IMG/VR virus record: IMGVR_UViG_3300044730_000222
Span: 37,846 to 101,845 of that record
Source: a virus
DNA length: 64,000 nt
Strand: one strand, 5' to 3'
This document shows positions 56,610-64,000 of the stretch, piece by piece (position 1 is the first letter of the stretch; the number at the start of each line of letters is the position of its first letter). The notes under the pieces are model-generated. The model ran no database searches, had not been told where the DNA came from, and worked only from the letters and a program-made list of their open reading frames with translations. The position numbers and the translations under genes are program-made.

Positions 56610-57191
56610 TTAATTAAATAGGTCGGCTGTTTTGAGGAAACGTCCGCCCCATAGGGATTTTTGAGTTTTCATTTCTGGAAACTCCTGCACGATCTCGCCT
56701 AGATCGCCAGACTTGCGGAAAGCAGTATCTTTTTCTACAAGATCTACTCGCTTTCCAAACTCATTAAAAGTTCCCTTTACTTGGCTTACCTCATTTGCTA
56801 CAGACTTTACTTCGCCTGTAACTGTTTCAAGGGACTTTGTGATTGCTTCAACGTTAGCCTGCATAGACTTAACTGTTTCAGCAAGATTGCTCAAGGCATT
56901 AGTAAGAGAGTCATTGATTTCAGCAACAGACTTTGCAATCTCTGCTGCACTATCAACTACTGCATCTACTGACTTTTCCGCTGCGATGTCAACAACAGGA
57001 GCATCTGCTACTGGTGCTGAATCTGCCACTGGCTCTGCAACAGGTGCTTCTGCAGAAACTTCTGCTGGAGCATCTACTGGAGCCTCTGCTACAGCATCTG
57101 CTGGAGCCTCTGGAGCAACCTCAACATGTTCAACTACTTCTGCTGCATCTGCAACTGGTGCATCTACAACTTCCATTGTTTCTTCTGTCAT
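56610..57191 (-). CDS. Nested in-frame scaffold protein (193 aa)
   Basis: Internal AAGGAGG 8 nt before ATG 57191, at the domain boundary. Confidence 0.6.
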   Translation of the reverse strand: MTEETMEVVDAPVADAAEVVEHVEVAPEAPADAVAEAPVDAPAEVSAEAPVAEPVADSAPVADAPVVDIAAEKSVDAVVDSAAEIAKSVAEINDSLTNALSNLAETVKSMQANVEAITKSLETVTGEVKSVANEVSQVKGTFNEFGKRVDLVEKDTAFRKSGDLGEIVQEFPEMKTQKSLWGGRFLKTADLFN

Positions 57192-57932
57192 AGGATTTTC
57201 CTCCTTTGTAATCTTAATTGTCCTAATGCCTTTTGCACTATCAACTAAGAACTTTACTGTTGTGATATCTTCTTGATCTTCAACAAATCCAATGTTTTTC
57301 ATTGAACCATTGCAAGATGGACAAGTTTCATCAGAATCTTTTGAAAGTCTTACGATATCATCTGTTTTGCACCAATAAACTGTATCAACAACTGCCTTTG
57401 CTAAATACCCGCCAAGTTGTCCCTTTTCAATAGAGATAACATTAGCAAATTGATTTGCTGGGTTGTCAACAAGCGATAATTCATGCAAGTCGTACTCTTT
57501 AATTATACGCACTGATTTATCAATTTTTTCATCATACATGTCATCAGACTTTGTAATATTTCCACCAATTGAAAAACCAGTTAAAGTTCCATCAAGGACT
57601 TTCTCCCAAGTATCCTGGGCACCTTTTGAAACATAAGCAGAAACATAGACTCCGCTATAAAACTTTTTTACCTGTGGATCAAAATAGCGATCCTCTTTAA
57701 AAGAAACAACCTTGCCTACAGCACTGGGTTGATGCATCTCACGAAGGTTGCCACGGAATTTCTTAAATGCCTCTATACTTGCTTCTGTCGTAACGATATC
57801 GCCTTGCTTATCTACGTTATCTAGAGTAGCAAAGCCAGAAACAATACGACGTTCTTGATCTACTTTACCAATGGGCATTGAAAAGCGAACATTGTCGCCA
57901 TCAGTAACCCAGTGTGCTTTATTTATAGTCAT
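56610..57932 (-). CDS. HK97-type prohead protease fused to scaffold
   Basis: VSGFAT.DNVDKQGD, REMH, GFSIGG, ELSLVDNPAN; A/P/E/V-rich linker; coiled coil. Confidence 0.9.
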   Translation of the reverse strand: MTINKAHWVTDGDNVRFSMPIGKVDQERRIVSGFATLDNVDKQGDIVTTEASIEAFKKFRGNLREMHQPSAVGKVVSFKEDRYFDPQVKKFYSGVYVSAYVSKGAQDTWEKVLDGTLTGFSIGGNITKSDDMYDEKIDKSVRIIKEYDLHELSLVDNPANQFANVISIEKGQLGGYLAKAVVDTVYWCKTDDIVRLSKDSDETCPSCNGSMKNIGFVEDQEDITTVKFLVDSAKGIRTIKITKEENPMTEETMEVVDAPVADAAEVVEHVEVAPEAPADAVAEAPVDAPAEVSAEAPVAEPVADSAPVADAPVVDIAAEKSVDAVVDSAAEIAKSVAEINDSLTNALSNLAETVKSMQANVEAITKSLETVTGEVKSVANEVSQVKGTFNEFGKRVDLVEKDTAFRKSGDLGEIVQEFPEMKTQKSLWGGRFLKTADLFN

Positions 57933-57972
57933 GGCAGTATTATTATAGCATTACTTTATAATGCTTTCTCAA

Positions 57973-59616
57973 CTATTGAGACGATCTGCCTTCACCTTGT
58001 GCATTTCTTCCAGATATGGTTGTAGGAGAATCTGATTCATTATTTGCTCTTTCAGCATCTCTTTCTCTGTTACCCGCCAAGTTTGCCCTAGCATCTGTGG
58101 CTTGTCTAGCACTCATTGTAAATGGGTCATCTCCATCTGGACGCTGTGACATGTTTAGTATTTCACGTGCCTCATTTGGAGTAATAACCTGAGTCTTGAC
58201 ATACCGCTCAATAATCTGAGATTGGGCAATTTCATCTGTAAGTGTAAGTTCATTAAACTTAAGATCAAGAATGTCAGTCTTTTCCTTAACTATCTTATTT
58301 ACGATCTTCTCCAAATGACGCTGGGCTGGACGAGAAACCTGCTCTTTAAAAGTTCTATCCTGTGCAAGGGCAGCAGCGATAGCAGCAGAGTCAGATCCGC
58401 CAAGTTTTGAAATAGGAACCTGATGGGCAACCAAAATATCATCACGATTTTGTTTACGATATTTTTCAAATGAACCTTCTTGGACACCATTTTCAATAGG
58501 TTGCATACTAAACTCAACCTTATTTCCATCTGTATCTCCAGGAAGTGGAATATATAATGTTCTGTGATTTTGTCCTTTTAGACCTGTTTGCATAAAACGG
58601 AACATCTTGTCTTCAGCATCAGCAGATAGTTTTGCACCTTTTACTGTGATGATATATCTTGGTACCGCTTTGTTTTGGAAATAATCAATATTATACTGAG
58701 CAGCAAGAGAGTCTCCAATAAGAGAAGAAACGGCAGATAAAATATCTGGAACCCCGTAAAATGTATTTAAAGGAGAGTATTGTTTAAGATGTAAAATTTC
58801 GTTTGGTCTTTGATCTGCAGTAAGAGGATTTGTATTTTTTGCACCAAAGTTTCTAAAGTATACTAACTTCTGACCAATGATTTGTACAAAGCCATCACGC
58901 AAACGACGGACACGAACTGTGGTTGCTGGAATGTGTCCAACATAACCAATCTCTCCAGTTACGGTACGACCAATCTCAAGGAAGCCATTTCCTGTAGCCT
59001 GAACATCTGTATAGAACTTCTCCATTGTTTGCTGGAAAGTATCCTCATCATTTAAAGATTCTAGCCAGTCACGAACCTCTAGTTTCATACGCTCTACACG
59101 ACGACGAGCACGATCAACGGCATCATCATCATCGTTCATTTCAAACCTTAACATTGTTCTATCTGTTAATTCAAATTTATAACCAAGACCTACAACATTT
59201 TCTACCTTTGCATCAATAGCAGCATGATTAGCAAAAGAAGTATCATAATAACTTGCTAGTTCATAAAGGTTATATGGTGGTGTGATTACATCAAATAAGC
59301 CATAGCCATTTTGATATACCGTTCCAGGATTAATCTGTTTTGACTGTGCCCCGTCTTTTCCAGAAGGAAAGGCGTTTGCATCATTTAAATATGCAGGAGT
59401 TGGAGCAATTGCAGGATAACGAGGATTGTAAGTCTCTGGAGCCATAGAATACTTGGAAACTGTTCTGCTAGTTCTGCGCTTGAAGTTAGTGTCTATGCCA
59501 GACAGATCTTTAAGTTGGTCCCATGATTTTAAGAAAGGGTCACTCTCAAGAAACTGATTGTTTCCTGTATCTTCTGTGTTTAGGCTTGCTTGAATATATT
59601 CAAATTCTCTATCCAT
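57973..59616 (-). CDS. Portal protein
   Basis: TGNGFLE, YGVPD, YFQNKAVP, HQVP, TPNEAR. Confidence 0.92.
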   Translation of the reverse strand: MDREFEYIQASLNTEDTGNNQFLESDPFLKSWDQLKDLSGIDTNFKRRTSRTVSKYSMAPETYNPRYPAIAPTPAYLNDANAFPSGKDGAQSKQINPGTVYQNGYGLFDVITPPYNLYELASYYDTSFANHAAIDAKVENVVGLGYKFELTDRTMLRFEMNDDDDAVDRARRRVERMKLEVRDWLESLNDEDTFQQTMEKFYTDVQATGNGFLEIGRTVTGEIGYVGHIPATTVRVRRLRDGFVQIIGQKLVYFRNFGAKNTNPLTADQRPNEILHLKQYSPLNTFYGVPDILSAVSSLIGDSLAAQYNIDYFQNKAVPRYIITVKGAKLSADAEDKMFRFMQTGLKGQNHRTLYIPLPGDTDGNKVEFSMQPIENGVQEGSFEKYRKQNRDDILVAHQVPISKLGGSDSAAIAAALAQDRTFKEQVSRPAQRHLEKIVNKIVKEKTDILDLKFNELTLTDEIAQSQIIERYVKTQVITPNEAREILNMSQRPDGDDPFTMSARQATDARANLAGNRERDAERANNESDSPTTISGRNAQGEGRSSQ

Positions 59617-60019
59617 TTTCGTATGCATCTCTTCCGTGTGTTTTTAATGTTTTTTGTGCAGCGTCAACAGCGCCTAGATCATTTAGTGAAGGAATAAGTC
59701 CTTGATTAAATCTATCTACCTGCTCGCTATACTCTTCGTCTGTAACTCTCGTTAGACCTGGCACAAATACCGCCTGACCATCACCCTCATCGCCATAGAA
59801 AACTGCTGTTTGTTTTAATTTTGCAATCTGGGCAATATCTCCACGAAGCGACTCAATGTTTAAAACATTGCCATCTCCATCTGTAAACCACTTGCCATTA
59901 GCCTTTTTATAAACATAAAGACCCCAATTGTAGTCTTTCTCAATCACCTTACGGCGAACATTACTTACAATGGGTTTGCCAGTTTTAGGATTAATCAATG
60001 GATTATTTTTAGAACTCAT
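59609..60019 (-). CDS. Conserved protein preceding portal
   Basis: Leaderless TGCTATACT promoter; overlaps the portal start. Confidence 0.65.
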   Translation of the reverse strand: MSSKNNPLINPKTGKPIVSNVRRKVIEKDYNWGLYVYKKANGKWFTDGDGNVLNIESLRGDIAQIAKLKQTAVFYGDEGDGQAVFVPGLTRVTDEEYSEQVDRFNQGLIPSLNDLGAVDAAQKTLKTHGRDAYENG

Positions 60020-60036
60020 ACCACAAGTATAGCAGA

Positions 60037-63000
60037 TTATACTGGTGTTGCAACATTGGTTGACCAGATTACCTCTGAATATAGGCTTAATTCGTTCGGT
60101 TCAATACTAAGTCCCTCATCATCATCAATAATAATCTTATTTGTTCCAAGATAGGTCTTATATACATCTACTGGATTTACCCCATATAGTTCAGATGAGG
60201 AAATAATAAGAACACCTTCCCAGATAAAATTATTAAGCCAGAATTCCCATTCAAAGTTTGTTATACCGTCAGTTTCTACCCTGAGCCATGGCCTTGTAAG
60301 ATTACTCTGGACCTGCTGAAGATTATTTGCCTGATAATAAGCAATATTATTAAACACCACTGGACCATTAAGATTAATACCGCCCAGATATAAATCAAAG
60401 TTAAGAGATGTAGAAAATGCTAGACCAAGAACTCCCCATTCTTTAATTGTTATTATTGGCTCTCTTACTAGAATACCGTTCCAATAATAGGCAAGACCAT
60501 TAAAGTTTCCACCAGTTGCTACGCTTTTTGCAAATACTCTTGCTCTTGACCCATCGCTATCCAAGGCCTCCATAAAAAACTTAATCGTGTCACCTTTATA
60601 CTCAATTTCAAATAGTTCTGTTTCTGCTAATGGGAATTTATCTAAATCAGATCTCATCCACATCTGCATGGCGCTTACACGATAGTTATCAGCAATTGTG
60701 CTATTAATTGGAATAGCAATTCCACGACTTACCTGTGGATCATACTGTCCTCGTATTTCTATGCCAGAAGTTCTATTTAGATACAGGTATGGAGTGCTGC
60801 CTTTATAAATGCTAAAAGGATTTTTTGCTTTGTAGTCATAGTAAAGACCAGCACGTGTGTATGGAAATAGGTCAACACCAAATCGTGTTCCAACTGGATT
60901 AAACGAGTTATCATTAAACGCCTGAGATGCAAGTTCAAGTCTACGAAGTGTAATTGGCTTTGTCAAAATACCACGAATATTAAATTCAAGATGATAGACA
61001 ATTGCCAAATCATTAAAGTCAACAGACTTATCAGGATAAATCAGGGTGTTATCTACTACCTCAAATTTTGTAACATCCCAATATTGATAATCTGAAATGT
61101 CTATAACAGATCCTTCTTTAGGTGGCTCTACGGTAGTAAAAGCAGACTGTGGTGAGTTAGCGCCATCTGCAACATACTGAAAAGTTAAATAACTTCTAAT
61201 TGATGCTTCTGTGGTGTCGTATTCATAAAACTTAAGAGACTTAGACTCCATATCCTCATAATTGTTCCAGCCAGTAAACAAGTAGTTGTCTAAATCATTG
61301 TATGTTCTTTGAACTGGATGACGATATTCTTGAAACAGTTCTTCATAAGTCCAGGATGAAGTGGTTTCATCTTCTAACAGTTTTGATGGTTTTGGATATC
61401 CAATATTAAACTGAATAAAGTCTAAATCGTAGTATGATCCACCCTCTTCATTTGTAACAAATTGAGCAAAATATGATAGTGGCAAATAATCTTCCCAATA
61501 CCCCGCAACTCCAATATCTAAATAATATGTGTCGTATGCCTCTGTAGGCAAAAGGGTATAACTTGCGGTATGAGCAAGAAGCGCTTTAGCATTTTCTGAT
61601 TCTGCTGAACCAGTGGCCAAATAACTATCCAAGATTGCAGTTCCGTTTAACTCAAAATGATTTTCAATTTCAGATGCGTTGTATGATGTTGATAATCCTA
61701 CAGAATAGATCTTTCCAGTGAACTGATATGTACCCGTTCCATCTCCACCAACATACATTTTTAATCCATTTTGATTACCAAAGAATGCTGCTACATTACC
61801 GCCAAAATAACTAGACAGGGTTTGGATTTGAATACCAGCAGCATATTTTTCATCTTCTACAATTATGTCTGTAGTGTATATTTGCTCTTCTGTGCCATTA
61901 AAAGTTAAATAATAATGAATTTCATCCGATTCTTTTCTAATACTGAAATCATTACCAGTTAAAGGGTTATAGATTTTGAATAGTATTTCATCTGTTCCCA
62001 AGTCATCCGAAGAAAATACACCATAGATGCTATGAATACCCTCGTTTATAATATTAAATTGTGGGAAGTTAAAGTATGATTGAACAGAAACCCAAGAGGT
62101 GTTTGGTCTAAATGTTATGAAGGTATCATCATTAGGATCTTGAATTGCTTGATTATCATCATAGAGTTCTTGTAGTGTTTTTGTACCAGTGCTTATCTGT
62201 GGTAAAGAATAGGTTGGAGTTGTTATAGATGTTTCTGTTGTTACGAGATTATCAAACGTACCCTGGTCCCAACGGGCAAAGTCTGGATAGTTATAGTTTG
62301 CAGTGTAATCAGCAAACGGATAATCAATAAACGCCTGTGTTCCTCCATAAGCAGAGTTAATAGTTTCTGGAGAAAGAACTCCTTGACCATAAACCCAACG
62401 ACGCTTTGCTACCGTTACCGCAACAGAGTATGGATAGATAGCAATACAATCTAACTCAATTGGACTTACTTCTTCATATGCATAAAATCCAAGCCAGTCT
62501 TGATCATCGCCGTATGCGTCTACAATGTTAGGTAAGTCCAAAGTGTCTGTATTGATACTTAAGCCTATGACTTCTTCTCCATTAATTAGTACGCTAACAT
62601 TATTTCTAATCATTCTAATATGAACCAGCATAGGTCTAAACCATTCACCAACAAAGTGTGAAGAGAATTGTTTTCCAATAACTAAAGTTAAAAAGCCACC
62701 CTCAATATACAAACCATCTGTTGATGCTATAGGACCAAATATTCTTTTAGGGGCAAATGTATTTGAGTTTATCCTCATCCAAAACTCAACAGTGTAATCT
62801 TTGAACTGACCATCTTTATTTAAAAACCCTTTGCCAGGAACGATGAGAGATGGCTCTCCATCATTTTCTCTTAGCCTTGTAATATTTGATGCACCATAAA
62901 CCATTGGAAGAGCAGTATTACGAGCCTTTAGATTATTATCATTAATTAAATAATATCCAACCTGTCCACCAAGACCATAAGGATCTGCAGGAATAGCCTG

Positions 63001-63645
63001 AGCAGTTGTTAGTGGAATGTTTGATGGCAATGAAACTGGGGTAACGCCTAAAGAAACGGCATTAAAATCTTCTGACCATTGTCCAAGAGTAAAACCATTT
63101 ACATAAAATATATAATCAGATGTAGTTCCACCTTGATCATATTGAAACTCTATAACCATTCTTAATTCTGTATCTTCATCTGGTATTTCAAAGGTACCAG
63201 AAACAAAACTCCAAGCCTGAAAGGAGGTGGTATTAAAGGTTTGAAGTTTTTCTACAACTTGTGAAGAGGTTGTATCTGTGTATTGGTATCCTATTGATAC
63301 CGCCGTTAAATAGGGGCTCTCTGAATAAAAATATGCACCAACACAAAATGTTTTTAGGTATTGATCTATTTCTGTAAAGTTTATAATGTTTTGGCTAACA
63401 CAGACAACGCTTTCTGAAGTTACCGCTGGAACATCGCCCTCAACTATAGATGTTACGCTATCTGGAAATGGCTCATTTGAAAAAGAAGAACTTGTTGCTG
63501 TGCCATTTGTGACTGTCCACAGACCTAAATCTCTGTCTGTTTCATTAATAAGGCTAATATAGTCAGCCTGATCATCTAACGCCCACATGATAGTGGGGTG
63601 TTCCGCAAATATCTTTTCTGCGTATAAGTTAGATGGGGTAGTCAT
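60037..63645 (-). CDS. Large virion protein with LamG/concanavalin-like domain
   Basis: P...WALD, YTVEFW, VGEWFRPMLVH...VLINGE. Confidence 0.65.
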   Translation of the reverse strand: MTTPSNLYAEKIFAEHPTIMWALDDQADYISLINETDRDLGLWTVTNGTATSSSFSNEPFPDSVTSIVEGDVPAVTSESVVCVSQNIINFTEIDQYLKTFCVGAYFYSESPYLTAVSIGYQYTDTTSSQVVEKLQTFNTTSFQAWSFVSGTFEIPDEDTELRMVIEFQYDQGGTTSDYIFYVNGFTLGQWSEDFNAVSLGVTPVSLPSNIPLTTAQAIPADPYGLGGQVGYYLINDNNLKARNTALPMVYGASNITRLRENDGEPSLIVPGKGFLNKDGQFKDYTVEFWMRINSNTFAPKRIFGPIASTDGLYIEGGFLTLVIGKQFSSHFVGEWFRPMLVHIRMIRNNVSVLINGEEVIGLSINTDTLDLPNIVDAYGDDQDWLGFYAYEEVSPIELDCIAIYPYSVAVTVAKRRWVYGQGVLSPETINSAYGGTQAFIDYPFADYTANYNYPDFARWDQGTFDNLVTTETSITTPTYSLPQISTGTKTLQELYDDNQAIQDPNDDTFITFRPNTSWVSVQSYFNFPQFNIINEGIHSIYGVFSSDDLGTDEILFKIYNPLTGNDFSIRKESDEIHYYLTFNGTEEQIYTTDIIVEDEKYAAGIQIQTLSSYFGGNVAAFFGNQNGLKMYVGGDGTGTYQFTGKIYSVGLSTSYNASEIENHFELNGTAILDSYLATGSAESENAKALLAHTASYTLLPTEAYDTYYLDIGVAGYWEDYLPLSYFAQFVTNEEGGSYYDLDFIQFNIGYPKPSKLLEDETTSSWTYEELFQEYRHPVQRTYNDLDNYLFTGWNNYEDMESKSLKFYEYDTTEASIRSYLTFQYVADGANSPQSAFTTVEPPKEGSVIDISDYQYWDVTKFEVVDNTLIYPDKSVDFNDLAIVYHLEFNIRGILTKPITLRRLELASQAFNDNSFNPVGTRFGVDLFPYTRAGLYYDYKAKNPFSIYKGSTPYLYLNRTSGIEIRGQYDPQVSRGIAIPINSTIADNYRVSAMQMWMRSDLDKFPLAETELFEIEYKGDTIKFFMEALDSDGSRARVFAKSVATGGNFNGLAYYWNGILVREPIITIKEWGVLGLAFSTSLNFDLYLGGINLNGPVVFNNIAYYQANNLQQVQSNLTRPWLRVETDGITNFEWEFWLNNFIWEGVLIISSSELYGVNPVDVYKTYLGTNKIIIDDDEGLSIEPNELSLYSEVIWSTNVATPV

Positions 63646-63672
63646 TAATATCTCCTACCCCAATTATAGCAG

Positions 63673-63999
63673 TTAGGATATTTTAATCATACATGTATCT
63701 GTAGTACAATATGCTTCGCCTTCAGCCTCTAAATTGTCTACCCCGTCATAAATGGCAGACCAATTAATCTTCTTTATCTCACCAACATAGGCGTTATATT
63801 CATCTTTTGTAATTTGAGTGTATGGTTGCTGTGGGTATGTCTTGTTACCCATAGGCAAAAATGATACGGCCTTAAGTTGACCCTCATACATATGAAGTGC
63901 TGGAGCAACATGCTCTGTCTCTTTGTCCTTGTCAAATGAAAGGGTAACAGAAACACCATTGTCTGACCAATACTTTTGAGTTGTAGCAGCAAGACCAAT
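63673..63999 (-). CDS. nrdJ: Class II (B12-dependent) ribonucleotide reductase, C-terminal part
   Basis: Frame open to the window edge: QKYWSDNGVSVTLSF...LKAVSFLP...YPQQPY..I...C-terminal CTTDTC. Confidence 0.85.
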   Translation of the reverse strand: MGLAATTQKYWSDNGVSVTLSFDKDKETEHVAPALHMYEGQLKAVSFLPMGNKTYPQQPYTQITKDEYNAYVGEIKKINWSAIYDGVDNLEAEGEAYCTTDTCMIKIS

Positions 64000-64000
64000 C

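Noticed and set aside
63774-63998. 74-aa ORF at the window end
   Set aside because: Alternative frame of the nrdJ 3' end.
1-64000. Stop-codon reassignment, DGR, integrase or transposase
   Set aside because: Long genes are intact in the standard code and end in all three stops; no reverse transcriptase, integrase or transposase recognised in this window.

Overview
The window is a 64-kb segment of a large, AT-rich tailed phage (Caudoviricetes, siphovirus-type: long tape measure, tail tube, no sheath gene seen). WhiB, an MSMEG_6728-like glycosylase, a FmdB-type zinc ribbon and many leaderless promoters point to an actinobacterial host; the low GC suggests low-GC freshwater Actinobacteria (inference). 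Everything from ~3.7 kb to 64 kb is on the minus strand. In transcription order: 3' end of a class II ribonucleotide reductase, LamG-type virion protein, portal, protease/scaffold, major capsid, neck, tail tube, two tail chaperones, 2533-aa tape measure, tail tip genes, replication/recombination (DnaB, primase, SSB, DnaE, MazG-like, RecA, Cas4-like, RuvC), terminase, secreted/surface proteins, CHAP endolysin, then an accessory region (S8 protease, HslV-like, 2 tRNAs, Hsp20, HNH/EndoVII, thioredoxin, nuclease, WhiB, GT60). This block converges on a plus-strand methyltransferase/glycosyltransferase operon. Most notable observations: (1) a C-terminal K-x-(L)W-x-G-x-F motif shared by the scaffold and two unlinked proteins, a candidate capsid cargo-loading tag; (2) a stand-alone 70-aa copy of the major capsid N-arm; (3) tail chaperones G and GT encoded by duplicated genes, with the slippery site in frame; (4) an ~80-nt structured ncRNA candidate with its own -10 box; (5) complementarity between sequences just upstream of the major capsid and major tail genes; (6) three dUTPase-fold/DUF6065-like paralogs; (7) a candidate virion-glycosylation pathway. 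All calls come from motif recognition by eye; no database searches were run.
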